57,254 bases of DNA from Octopus bimaculoides (taxonomy: Eukaryota). A program made the position numbers and the translations under genes. Under the pieces are notes generated by a model. That model worked only from the letters and a program-made list of their open reading frames with translations. It was not told where the DNA came from and did not search any database. Shown here in pieces: positions 23,235 to 36,078 of the stretch (position 1 is its first letter; every line of letters begins with the position of its first letter). The DNA is taken from NCBI RefSeq assembly GCF_001194135.2, contig NC_068991.1:71751833-71809086 (forward strand), in the 5' to 3' direction.

Positions 23235-23280
23235 GAGGAGGAGGAGGAGGAGGAGGAGGAGGAGGAAGAGGAGGAGGAGG
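23235..23280. repeat. (GGA)n microsatellite
   Basis: Direct reading. Confidence 0.95.
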
Positions 23281-24159
23281 ATTGAATTCTCTATTTTAAC
23301 AATATATATCTACCTTTTTCATTGAAGCGCGCTGAAATATATATTCCAGTTTGTACAAAATGCTTGGGGCAAATAAAATTGAAAATAATGTTTATATCCA
23401 TTACCAATCGCAGAAAAGACATGGAGGGAGAGAGAAAGAAAGAGAGAAAGAGAGAGAGAGAGAGAGAGAGGTGGTAACAAAGACTGTGAGGGAAAAAAGA
23501 GAGGCAGAGATACGAAACTTAATAGGGAAATTGATGATTCACGTGGCGGAACACATACACAGAGAAACGTTGACGTGTAATCACCAAAAGATATCGACGA
23601 AGAAAAGTCTTGAAAATTTGGAATATGTAAAAGAACTACAAATAAATAAATAAAAATATTTAAAAAATCTACATGGAAGGTAGCAAGATCGGTATCTAGT
23701 GTTATGGTAAGCAACTGATTAAACCTTTTATCAGGAGATTAAGATTTTAAAACGGAGCCGAAAAGGTTTCCTACATTTTTTTCTCTCTTTCTCTCTCTTT
23801 TTTTTTATCTCCCAGAGTGGAATTTCTAATTCTAAAAATCTGAAAGTTTCCTAAGAAAATATTCGCCTATCACATTTGAAACTCATCAACTTCTAGTCCT
23901 GTTAGATTCTGGGTGGTTCTTTAGAATTAAAATCTGGCAGTGTATTTGTAAGGCTTTGCTGATGAAGTGTAATTAGGCGGGAGTATGTTTAGAGTTGTCA
24001 CCCAAGTCACAAGACCAGGATTCACTCCACGCCAAGTTGACCGAGTGGTCAGATCATCATACAGAATGATTTATAGCATTTTGGTTACTGTTTGTCGTTT
24101 CTGGAGTTAATTTTGTCCATTCCATGCTACTGCAAGTAAATCTAGACAGGGGAAAGAAC

Positions 24160-24394
24160 GCTATTCTTTGTTTCAGGCATTTGACTGCGGCCATGCTGGA
24201 GCACCACCTTTAGTGGAACAAATCGACCCCAGAACTTATTCTTTGTAAGCTTAGTATTTATGCTATCGGTCTTTTTTGCCGAACCATAAAGTTACGGGGA
24301 TATAAACACACCAACATCGGTTGTCAAGCGATGGTGAGGGGACAAACACAGACACAAATATATACATACACACACACATATTATATATATATAC

Positions 24395-24436
<42 letters not shown>

Positions 24437-24572
24437 CAGTCTTCTTTTTTAGTTTCCGTCTACCAAATCCGTTCACAAGGCTTTGGTCAGCCCGTGGCTA
24501 TAGTAGAAGACACTTGCCCAAGGTGCCACGTGGTTGGTAAGCAAGCTATTTATCACACAGCCACTCCCGCGC
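24160..24572 (-). mobile_element. SINE family B, near full length, lacking the 25-nt B-box segment
   Basis: Family B sequence; head reads aggtgccacgtggttgg. Confidence 0.9.
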
Positions 24573-25180
24573 CTATATATAAAAATTTTTCTGAAAATTA
24601 CTAACTTTTTCTTTAAAGTTATAAAATCTTTTATCAGGATGCTACTAACCTTCTTGAGAAGAAATTTTTTTTCCTAGTGTGTGCGAGCACTTTCGATTAA
24701 TCTTCTTAAANNNNNNNNNNNNNNNNNNNNNNNNNNNNNNNNNNNNNNNNNNNNNNNNNNNNNNNNNNNNNNNNNNNNNNNNNNNNNNNNNNNNNNNNNN
24801 NNNNNNNNNNNNNNNNNNNNNNNNNNNNNNNNNNNNNNNNNNNNNNNNNNNNNNNNNNNNNNNNNNNNNNNNNNNNNNNNNNNNNNNNNNNNNNNNNNNN
24901 NNNNNNNNNNNNNNNNNNNNNNNNNNNNNNNNNNNNNNNNNNNNNNNNNNNNNNNNNNNNNNNNNNNNNNNNNNNNNNNNNNNNNNNNNNNNNNNNNNNN
25001 NNNNNNNNNNNNNNNNNNNNNNNNNNNNNNNNNNNNNNNNNNNNNNNNNNNNNNNNNNNNNNNNNNNNNNNNNNNNNNNNNNNNNNNNNNNNNNNNNNNN
25101 NNNNNNNNNNNNNNNNNNNNNNNNNNNNNNNNNNNNNNNNNNNNNNNNNNNNNNNNNNNNNNNNNNNNNNNNNNNNNNNN

Positions 25181-25214
<34 letters not shown>

Positions 25215-25769
25215 ACAACTCCATTACAGAAAATAACTAGTTTTAGAAGATTTAAGCTTTTTTCCTTGTGTGCTGTGCATATCTTAAACGAACTATCAAC
25301 TACAAATCTACAGAGACCAACTTTAAATATATTTAACACTCTGCGCTGTTGCTTTTGTTTGTTCTGCTTATCTGTTTATCTATTATACTATCTATTTTAT
25401 ACCCTGTATTTAGCTTTTCACTTCTGTCAAAACAAATTTCAATGCAAGTACCATGCTTATTGCATACTATAATCAAGAAATTCCATTCTGTTCTAAGATT
25501 AGACGCAGTAAAATATGTAATCATATACATCAGTCAACTTCATTTAGCGACCTGCTATGAACCTCCCACAAATCATATCATAACTTTAAAAAAAAATGTA
25601 GCACGAGTTATTAGATAGATTACTAAGTTTGAAATATAAGAAGTGGTACTCACAGTCGACAAACTTTTAATTATAGATTCACTGGATTAAAGCTGACTTG
25701 AGGCTAAACAATAACTTAATAGTGAATTCTTTTGCATCTAGACTTATCTATTTCTTTTCAATTGGCTCC

Positions 25770-26080
25770 AGGCCATCGTGGCCTAGTGGTGAGAGCAGCG
25801 GACCTCGCGGTCGAGGGATAGCGGGTTCGAATCTCAGACCGGGCGATGTGTGTGTTTATGAGCGAAACGCCTAAGCTCCACGCGGCTCCGGCAGAAGGTA
25901 ATGGCGAACTTCTGCTGACTCTTTCGCCACGACTTTCTCTCACTCTTTCTTCCTGCATCTAGCAGCACACCTGCGACGGACCGGCGTCCCGTCCAGGTAG
26001 GGAACCTATACTCCAATGAAACCGGGAAACTGGCCCTTATGAGCCAAACATGACTCGGGAAGGAACAAACAACAACAAGG
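25770..26080 (+). mobile_element. tRNA-derived SINE, family-A-related subfamily
   Basis: A-box TGGCCTAGTGG, B-box GGTTCGAATCTC, shares cctaagctccacgcggctccggcag with family A but has a different 3' part. Confidence 0.8.
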
Positions 26081-26607
26081 CCNNNNNNNNNNNNNNNNNN
26101 NNNNNNNNNNNNNNNNNNNNNNNNNNNNNNNNNNNNNNNNNNNNNNNNNNNNNNNNNNNNNNNNNNNNNNNNNNNNNNNNNNNNNNNNNNNNNNNNNNNN
26201 NNNNNNNNNNNNNNNNNNNNNNNNNNNNNNNNNNNNNNNNNNNNNNNNNNNNNNNNNNNNNNNNNNNNNNNNNNNNNNNNNNNNNNNNNNNNNNNNNNNN
26301 NNNNNNNNNNNNNNNNNNNNNNNNNNNNNNNNNNNNNNNNNNNNNNNNNNNNNNNNNNNNNNNNNNNNNNNNNNNNNNNNNNNNNNNNNNNNNNNNNNNN
26401 NNNNNNNNNNNNNNNNNNNNNNNNNNNNNNNNNNNNNNNNNNNNNNNNNNNNNNNNNNNNNNNNNNNNNNNNNNNNNNNNNNNNNNNNNNNNNNNNNNNN
26501 NNNNNNNNNNNNNNNNNNNNNNNNNNNNNNNNNNNNNNNNNNNNNNNNNNNNNNNNNNNNNNNNNNNNNNNNNNNNNNNNNNNNNNNNNNNNNNNNNNNN
26601 NNNNNNN

Positions 26608-27000
26608 GTTAGCATTCCGGACAAAATTGCTTAGTGTCATTTCTTCCGGTTTGAACATCGGGGTCGATGTAATTGACTAGCCCACCCCCTCCAAATATCG
26701 TGTCTATAGAAGAAAGAATATCAAGACCAAAACATGTTTGGAGTTGTTCGGTCGTATTTCCCAAGACCAGATCAAATGTAATATTAAGGCGGCGTGCTGG
26801 CAGAAACGTTAGCACGCCCGCCGAAATGCTTAGCAGTATTTCGTCTGCCGTTACGTTCTGAGTTCAAATTTCGCCGAGGTCGACTTTGCCTTTCATCCTT
26901 TCGGGGTCGATTAAATAGTACCAGTTATGCACTGGGGTCGATATAATCGGCTGGCCCCCTCCCCCAAAATTTCAGGCCGTGTGCCTAGAGTAAGAAGAAA
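26608..27000 (+). mobile_element. Two tandem family-C SINEs (partial 26608-26712, full 26788-27000)
   Basis: ggcggcgtgctggcagaaacgttagcacgcccgccgaaatgcttagc...gagttcaaatttcgccgaggtcgactttgcctttcatcctttcggggtcga. Confidence 0.9.
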
Positions 27001-27914
27001 GATTTATTTATTCATTTATCTATTCTAAATTAAAAGGGTGAAAAATATTATGAGAAACTAAAGAAATTCAGATTAAGACTGTAGTACAATATTTAGTTTC
27101 AACAATGTTTGAGTGCAAGGTTCAAGAACAAGTGGTGTAAATATTTGTATTTTACACATTCGGGGTATAAAAACTGAGGTACATGTAATATATTGAGCCA
27201 AATCAATTGTTCTTTAAGCCTCGTTCGTTTTTCAGAGAGTCAGCATTGCATCTATGTAAGAAATCAATATTTTATTTCCAACCAGACGCCAAATTCAAAA
27301 ATAGCATTTCTATACGGGTGATGTTGGAATCAACATGATATCATTGCAATATGAGTGCGGGAATGTAAATTTATCATTCTAAAGAACAAAATATTATTTG
27401 CTGTCCCTGGAGACGATGGAAAGAATTGGTTTCCGATAAGTGAAAATTTGCAAGCAAATTTTGTTTCGGTCTAAAATTTGGTTCGAAAATATCAAAAAAG
27501 TTTCTATAGAAATAACTTCAAAATTCAGATTTGAAAAAGTACTAAAAAAGCAAAAAAATGCATGGAAAGAAATCACAAGAATTTATTACTATTGAAAATC
27601 AGCATATTTAAGATGTAATCTTATTTTGGGTTGTTTTTTTAATTTAAAACCGCACGCTATTCCCGAAAAAGAACGTATTTTCAAACGGGGAAAAGTGTGT
27701 GTATTAACATATTGGTAAGAGAACTACGGATGACATTGTGAAGAGGGCGTATAGGCTACTAATATAAGTGTTGTTGATTCGATTCATGGCAAGAACTACT
27801 GGATGGCCCTAGCATTTAACTCATAACGTCCCAGTTCACCAGCTTGCACATATATTCAAACACAAAAAATTAAGCGCGCGCGCACACACACATACACACG
27901 CATATATATATACT

Positions 27915-28240
27915 CTTTTTACTCTTTTACTTGTTTCAGTCATTTGACTGCGGCCATGCTGGAGCACCTCCTTTAGTCGAGCAAATCGACCCCAGGACTT
28001 ATTGTTTGTAAGCCTAGTACTTATTCTATCGGTCACTTTTGCCGAACCACTAAGTTACGGGGACGTAAACACACCAGCATCGGTTGTCAAGTGGTGTTGG
28101 GGGGACAAACACAGACACACAAACACACACATATATATATATACATATACATATATACGACGATCTTCTTTCAGTTTCCGTCTATCAAATCCACTCACAA
28201 GGCTTTGGTCGGCCCGAGGCTATAGTAGAAGACATTTCTA
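27915..28240 (-). mobile_element. SINE family B, head truncated near a gap
   Basis: High similarity to the copies at 1-337 and 13547-13911. Confidence 0.9.
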
Positions 28241-29521
28241 CTATATAANNNNNNNNNNNNNNNNNNNNNNNNNNNNNNNNNNNNNNNNNNNNNNNNNNNN
28301 NNNNNNNNNNNNNNNNNNNNNNNNNNNNNNNNNNNNNNNNNNNNNNNNNNNNNNNNNNNNNNNNNNNNNNNNNNNNNNNNNNNNNNNNNNNNNNNNNNNN
28401 NNNNNNNNNNNNNNNNNNNNNNNNNNNNNNNNNNNNNNNNNNNNNNNNNNNNNNNNNNNNNNNNNNNNNNNNNNNNNNNNNNNNNNNNNNNNNNNNNNNN
28501 NNNNNNNNNNNNNNNNNNNNNNNNNNNNNNNNNNNNNNNNNNNNNNNNNNNNNNNNNNNNNNNNNNNNNNNNNNNNNNNNNNNNNNNNNNNNNNNNNNNN
28601 NNNNNNNNNNNNNNNNNNNNNNNNNNNNNNNNNNNNNNNNNNNNNNNNNNNNNNNNNNNNNNNNNNNNNNNNNNNNNNNNNNNNNNNNNNNNNNNNNNNN
28701 NNNNNNNNNNNNNNNNNNNNNNNNNNNNNNNNNNNNNNNNNNNNNNNNNNNNNNNNNNNNNNNNNNNNNNNNNNNNNNNNNNNNNNNNNNNNNNNNNNNN
28801 NNNNNNNNNNNNNNNNNNNNNNNNNNNNNNNNNNNNNNNNNNNNNNNNNNNNNNNNNNNNNNNNNNNNNNNNNNNNNNNNNNNNNNNNNNNNNNNNNNNN
28901 NNNNNNNNNNNNNNNNNNNNNNNNNNNNNNNNNNNNNNNNNNNNNNNNNNNNNNNNNNNNNNNNNNNNNNNNNNNNNNNNNNNNNNNNNNNNNNNNNNNN
29001 NNNNNNNNNNNNNNNNNNNNNNNNNNNNNNNNNNNNNNNNNNNNNNNNNNNNNNNNNNNNNNNNNNNNNNNNNNNNNNNNNNNNNNNNNNNNNNNNNNNN
29101 NNNNNNNNNNNNNNNNNNNNNNNNNNNNNNNNNNNNNNNNNNNNNNNNNNNNNNNNNNNNNNNNNNNNNNNNNNNNNNNNNNNNNNNNNNNNNNATTCAG
29201 AGGCCCTTGAAACGAAAATTAATGAATTTTGGAGGTTACTTAAACATTTTGCCATTGTACTTATCAAACAGATTGGTGTTCGAAAGTAAGCAGCAATTGT
29301 AATTCAAAGATGTTTAATTACTGAATCAAGATTTTTTGATGTTTTTACTAAAGTCCAGGAATCACTTTAGCTGTGAATTCGCACCCAAACACGACTTGAT
29401 AGAATCTCACGAAACATTTAAAGAACTAACTGCAATTCTCAACTCGTCATTAGAATTGGTAAGATTATGAAGCAAGGAAACATAATAAGTAATTCAATTA
29501 ACCACGTAGAAGATACATACT

Positions 29522-29733
29522 GGATTCAAATTTTGGCACAAGGCCAGCAATTTCGGGGGCGGGATTAAGTCGATTACATCGACCCCAGTGTTCGACTGGT
29601 ACTTGTTTATCGACTCCTAAAGGATGAAAGAAAAGTCGACCCAGGCGAGATTTGAACTCAGAAAGTAAAGACGGACGAAATGTAGCAAAGCATATTGTCC
29701 GACATGCTACCGATACTGCCAGCTCACTGCCTT
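29522..29733 (-). mobile_element. SINE family C
   Basis: Reverse complement: ggcacaaggcc...gattacatcgacccc...gatttgaactcagaa...gccagctcactgcc. Confidence 0.85.
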
Positions 29734-29961
29734 ACGTGGAAGACATGTATTAGCCATCAAAAACGCACAAAGATTGTTAACTTGACTAAACATTTATTAT
29801 TTGATGTCAGTGACCAGTGTCAGTCCATTCTGTAGCGTGTCTTCGGACCAAATAGCCCGTGGGAAAATAACTCATTTCTCCGTCCCCGCCTCTGAAGCCA
29901 TGAAAGCAGGGTCATGAGCGCTGCACTTCCTCACCGGATTAAGCTATAGAAGAAATATTTA

Positions 29962-30266
29962 CAGGGCGTTCGGGCCAAATTCCACAGTTTGCATAAAACG
30001 AAAAGAAAACACAATATCCCATGCATACATACAAGTATTTTTTTTTATAAATCAAAAGATATCAATTATATAATAGCTGGGAGATAACAGTTTACTTAAA
30101 GTAGCTGCCCTCGGCTTCTGCTACGGCCTAGAGATGACTCCGGGACCTGGCGCACGCGTTCCTTCCTGGGAAGGTTTTCGTACACTTCCTTGATTTTGGC
30201 CACCAGCTCAGCCTTGCTGTTGCAGGCAGAGCGATTGGTGTCTTTCTCAACCACGCCCCACACATA
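29962..30266 (-). mobile_element. Tc1/mariner (maT/DD37D-like) transposon 3' end with a transposase remnant
   Basis: 30266-30092 reads YVWGVVEKDTNRSACNSKAELVAKIKEVYENLPR /frameshift/ NACARSRSHL*AVAEAEGSYFK*. TA|cagggcgttcgg is a TIR-like end at 29962. Confidence 0.8.
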
Positions 30267-32357
30267 TTAATTTATGGGATTACGATCGGAGAATTAGAAG
30301 ATCAAAAATTAGAGCTGGTGAAGTCATAGAAACTGAGGCAAGAGTTAAGCTTGTTGCAGATACTGCGACGAAAATCTTGACACCAAATAATAAATGTTTA
30401 AGTGAAGTTAAGAGTCTCTGTGCATTTTTGAATGGCTAACATGAGTCTTCCACGCTGTCATTATTTTAATCTCATCTGAAGTTCTCAGATCAAATCACTT
30501 ATCAAGCAAGTACATCATCGAAATAATTATTAACTGCTTCGCCGAATGAAGAGAGAACTGACGGTTTGGTGGTATTCTCTGTCGTAGACGAATATTTTTG
30601 TTATGCATTGGAAACATTAGTCCCTACTTCTCTCAGCATTCTCACATAGTTTCCTTCATTCCTTCCCAGACTTATTCCCAGAAGTTACGTGAAGTGAGAC
30701 ACGTAGAAGCGTTTTGCTCAGAGAGATAAACAAAATGCCTTGCAGTGTATATAAAACTTCTAATCTATTTCAAGAAAGATTAATAAGTCCCAAAGGAAAT
30801 AGACAAAAATTTACCTGATAGTCTAAACTTTAACTGCTATTGCAATTCTAAAGATATATCACACACAACCTCAACAAACAGACTACGGTTTAATTATTTA
30901 ATATCGGGCGTTTATCTGTTTGAAGTGAGAGGTTATAGAAATTAATGCAGCCATCAGAGACTTCATCTCCCTCTTTGTGGCTTACTATTCCAATATTACG
31001 GCCAGCGATATTATTTTTGGAGATGTCAAACTTATTTTTCCGCCGAAGCCTAAGCTACAAAGTGATAAGAGATTTATTTACAGACTGCTGGCTTCTAATG
31101 TTAATACCAGATTCCGGTTCACATGAAAAAGTATAGACAGAACTTCTCCACTTTCTAAACTACTTTAAAAAGTTCAGGTTTTATTATGGTTGTGTAAACA
31201 AAGGGACAGATGAAACAACATTACAATAGTTTCTTATTAGGTACAAAGCGAAAGATTTTTTTTTCCTTCTAAACTCATACATCGTAGAACATTCTATTTT
31301 TCTTCTATATTACTTTTAAAGAGCTTAAAACAAAATAAATTTGAACTGCTTTGAAATAAATCTTCTCTAAAACGGTAGAATTATATAAATCAAAACAACT
31401 TCTATTCATAGAACTTACAGTCTTGATTTATTTTTTATTGATTGGGTCTAGGGAAACGAGCGGTGCCCATGGCTTTTGGGGGTCCTCCCAGACTGGTAAG
31501 ATCGATATAGTCAATGTCCCTCTTGAACAATTACAAGTGGACAATCGCGGAGAAAAACATGAGCAAGGAATGAATTTCAGAGGTCCAACTTTTGGGGGAA
31601 AGAACAGGGCGTTGTGGTTAATGCAGGACTTTGGAATGAAAACAATATGGTTGACGAAAGAAGAAAATACGAGTTTAAAATACTTTGAAACCAACAATCT
31701 ATCCAATTTATTCAGTTTTTTTCCTCTTTCAGTGGCCCACTTTTGGCCAAAGAACCTTAATCCGAAACTACGGGTTTCCCCCATTCATAAATGGCAAACA
31801 AACGTATTCCCAACTATAAACTCTCTTGGATTGCAAACGTAGCAGATGGGGCCTGCAATAAAGAAGAAGAAAGGTTGCGAACCCAGGCTTCGCTGCTTCT
31901 CAGGCTGAGAAGGGCAGACTGTCACAGTATCGGCTGCTCTCTGACAGGTCAGTGGCAGAGCCAGTGATAGTGGAGACCTCCGGTGTTCGCGGTCCCCGGA
32001 CCACATCTCAGCTCACCACTATCGAGGCGGATATGGCTATCTGCAAGTGTGACTCCCGTGGGTCAAGGTGGCTGTTGCATCACATCTTCCTCGCCATCCT
32101 ACACCGTTTAGTCCGCTGGGAACATGAGACGAGTATGAGACAAGCCTATTTAGATAAACACTTAAGTTCATGAACTGGTATCAACTAAATACCAAACCTA
32201 TTTCTCATGTAAAGAGAGAAAGAATGTGAACAAAAATGTTACGTCATGTGCAGCAACAGCAGCAGCAGCAGCAGCAAGATGGGTTAAACAAATCACGTGA
32301 TGCAATTTCATTTTCCGCAAAGAGAATAACGAATCAATGAAAACCGAATTATTCAAT

Positions 32358-32360
<3 letters not shown>

Positions 32361-32420
<60 letters not shown>
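32361..32420. repeat. (GT)n microsatellite
   Basis: Direct reading. Confidence 0.95.
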
Positions 32421-32423
<3 letters not shown>

Positions 32424-32644
32424 TGTTGTATTTTTCAATGGTCAAATCAGAGGAAGAAGGGCAGCGGCTTTCTCCTTTTCAGAGTCTCGAAGACTGGTTG
32501 GAGACAAGGAATTAATTAAGTTATATATTTTGTATCTGCTTTTTTCCCCACAAAGAATTTCAATTAATTAAAACAACTTGGCTCACTGAGTAGTTATGTT
32601 AATACTGAATTAACTATTATCTATTTGTTCGCATCTTCAACAGT

Positions 32645-32805
32645 GGAGGTGCAATGGCCCAGTGGTTAGGGCAGCGGACTCGCGGTCATAGGTTTCGATT
32701 CCCTGACCGGGCGTTGTGTTTATCGACCCCGAAACGATGAAAATCAAAGTCAACTTCGGCAGAATTTGAACTCGAACTTAGAAGACGAACGAAATGCTGC
32801 TAATA
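32645..32805. mobile_element. Family-A SINE head (+) fused directly to a family-C SINE fragment (-)
   Basis: ggaggtgcaatggcccagtgg...gggcgttgtgtttat|cgaccccgaaacgatgaaa...gaatttgaactc. Confidence 0.75.
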
Positions 32806-33289
32806 ATAAGAACTGTCACTTAGCCAAACATCTGCAGCGGATTTGAACTCGTTATCGACAGACAAACTAGTAGTCCACACTTAAACACTGTATCCTTTCA
32901 CCAATACATTATTTTCAGGAGTTCGAATAACTCAAGGATGTTTTGTTTTCATCACATTTCAAGAGCTTTCACGCTCACCAATCATAAAGCTTTCCAAACT
33001 GAATGTTCTTTTTATTATTAGCATGGCGCCACTGAAGATACTGATGGCAGATCCTGTCAATAACGTCTGTTGAAGTTACCTCACTCCCCTCGTCTTTATT
33101 TAATTATAGTTAGTTGTTCTATAGATACACCCACCCTACTCACTGTCCAGGGTCTTCATTTAACTATAGAAAGCAGTTGTCACTTTGAAGAACAATTTGT
33201 TAATAAGTGCTATGAATCATCTCAACCGACCAACCTAAAGTGAATCCTGAATTTACGCATAGAAGGGGAACTAAACGAACAGAAATATT

Positions 33290-33508
33290 CTTTTCTACTC
33301 GAGGCACAAGGCCCGAAATTTTGGGAAAGGGGGGAGGGGCAGTCGATTAGATCGACCCCAGTACACAACTAGTACTTAATTTACCGACCCCTGAAAGGAT
33401 GAGAGGCAATGTTGTCCTCGATGGAATTTGAACTCAAAACGTAAAGACAGACGAAATACCCTTAAGCATTTCGCTCGGCGTGCTAACGTTTCTGCCTCCT
33501 CGCCGCCT
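33290..33508 (-). mobile_element. SINE family C
   Basis: gaggcacaaggcccgaaattt...gaatttgaactcaaaacgtaaagacagacgaaatacc...ctcgccgcc. Confidence 0.9.
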
Positions 33509-33532
33509 TATTAAACGAATAGAGATTACCTC

Positions 33533-33600
33533 CATGTCCGGGAATCGAGACCTCGACCTTGTGCTTCTAAGTACAACACCTTAACCACTAGGCTACGCGA
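33533..33600 (-). mobile_element. tRNA-like SINE head fragment
   Basis: Reverse complement gcgtagcctagtggttaaggtg...ggtctcgattcccgg has A- and B-boxes but no complete cloverleaf. Confidence 0.55.
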
Positions 33601-33707
<107 letters not shown>

Positions 33708-33971
33708 TATTATATGTTGTGTAAGAATCCATAGGTCAGAAAAAAATGATTCGTATATTTGTCCCAAAATGTGAGTATACTAATGAAAATACACAGTATT
33801 ATAGATTCATTACAGCCGATCTTACCATTCGGTTTTTCACTGGATATTAGATGACCGAATATTATATAAGAGCGCGCTTAAGTAAAATTAGGTTCTCTTC
33901 AGAGATGGCAGGTATGGATAAAAAGAAAAGAGCATGTGGTGTTACATAACCGGGTTATTATCTAATACCCA

Positions 33972-34013
<42 letters not shown>

Positions 34014-34636
34014 NNNNNNNNNNNNNNNNNNNNNNNNNNNNNNNNNNNNNNNNNNNNNNNNNNNNNNNNNNNNNNNNNNNNNNNNNNNNNNNNNNNNNNN
34101 NNNNNNNNNNNNNNNNNNNNNNNNNNNNNNNNNNNNNNNNNNNNNNNNNNNNNNNNNNNNNNNNNNNNNNNNNNNNNNNNNNNNNNNNNNNNNNNNNNNN
34201 NNNNNNNNNNNNNNNNNNNNNNNNNNNNNNNNNNNNNNNNNNNNNNNNNNNNNNNNNNNNNNNNNNNNNNNNNNNNNNNNNNNNNNNNNNNNNNNNNNNN
34301 NNNNNNNNNNNNNNNNNNNNNNNNNNNNNNNNNNNNNNNNNNNNNNNNNNNNNNNNNNNNNNNNNNTATATATATATATATATATTAGATATTTATTTAT
34401 TTACATATTTCCACGGCCTTATGTGGGAGCGGAGTCAAATTGTCAATTGTACGAATGACGATGTCAAACTTTTAGGAGTAATCTCTTTGGGTCCTTCTGT
34501 TAAATTTTAAAAGGATTATGACAAAGAATGCGTTACATTTGCATATTGGGTTCTGTAATTTATAACTCCATTGACACAAATTAATATATACATATATGTG
34601 TGTATGTGTGTGAGAGTATGCACGTAAACACACACT

Positions 34637-34679
<43 letters not shown>

Positions 34680-35544
34680 TCTCCCTCACACACTCACATG
34701 ACCTTTATTCTGGTAACAAAATTCTGGTTGTTGTACTAACAAAAACTATAAATAAGAAAGGGGTGGCTTTGGCTATTTCTAAATGTTTTTAACTTTACGA
34801 ATAACCACAGTAGGATGATTGGGGAAAATATAAGGGGCTTAGCTAACATTACTGTCAAAGCAAACAGGCAGAGGGGACAACGACGTACGTTTCTGGCAAC
34901 TGACTTCATCAGCGGATATGTATCCTTCACCATTATCGTTGGTGCTGTAGTGAAGCGCTTATCGTATTGAATTATTCATAAAAACATCGAGTGGAAATGA
35001 GATTAATTGAATTAAACGATCAACTATAAATAACATCTCCTTTACAAATATAACTATAAACACGTCTTTATACAGGAAAACTGTTTCTTTTTCTCTTTCT
35101 TGATAAACTATATAATATAGACAACAGCTTACAAACGTTCCTCTGTTAAACGCACGCACTCACACATCCACTCACACAAACATACATATAAACGCGCTTC
35201 CTCCTCATACACACACACGCACACACGGAGTTTGTGTAACACAAGCCTATCTTTAATTACGAAAACACTTCACATAATACTCAATGCAATTTCACGTATT
35301 TGTAAGCAACAGTATATAAACAGACAAGTTATGTAGAGTGCAAATATGACTCATACCAGGATGGTTTAAGACGCACTTCTTGACACTTCATCTTTGTGGA
35401 GCAAAATGTAAGACAATGCAGCCTGTCAGAGCCCATCCACTCGCAGACAGCACCACTGGCATCTCCGCCGTTATGTAGACTATGTAGGACAATGCTGCCT
35501 GTCAGAGCCAACCTGTCTCCAGTTTATATAATAGATGTACTATA

Positions 35545-35546
<2 letters not shown>

Positions 35547-35616
<70 letters not shown>
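35547..35616. repeat. (CA)n microsatellite
   Basis: Direct reading. Confidence 0.95.
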
Positions 35617-35617
<1 letters not shown>

Positions 35618-35620
<3 letters not shown>

Positions 35621-35915
35621 GCGCGGGTGTGGTTGTGTGGTAAGAAGTTTGGCTCCCAACCACATGGTTCCGAGTTCAGTTCCACAGCGTAGTACCTTGG
35701 GCAAATTTCTCATATTTGTGTTTCCGTGTTTGTTCCACCACCACCGCTTGACAACCGATATTGACGTGTTTACGTACCTGTAAGCTAGTGGTTCGGCAAA
35801 AGAGACCGATATAGTAAGTACTAGGCTTACAAAGAATATGTCCTGGGGACGATTTCTTCGACTAAAGCGGTACTCCAGCATGGCCTCAGTCAAATGACTG
35901 AAACAAAGTAGAAGA
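35618..35915 (+). mobile_element. SINE family B, internally deleted
   Basis: tggttgtgtggtaagaagtttg...ggttccgagttcagttcc...accttgggcaa...ggttcggcaaaagagaccgat...aaatgactgaaacaaag. Confidence 0.85.
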
Positions 35916-36021
35916 ATAAAAGAATATATACATACACACATGTACACGTACACAAACACACACACACATATATACACACACATATACATGCATACATATA
36001 AATACAGAGAGAGAGAGAGAG

Positions 36022-36078
<57 letters not shown>

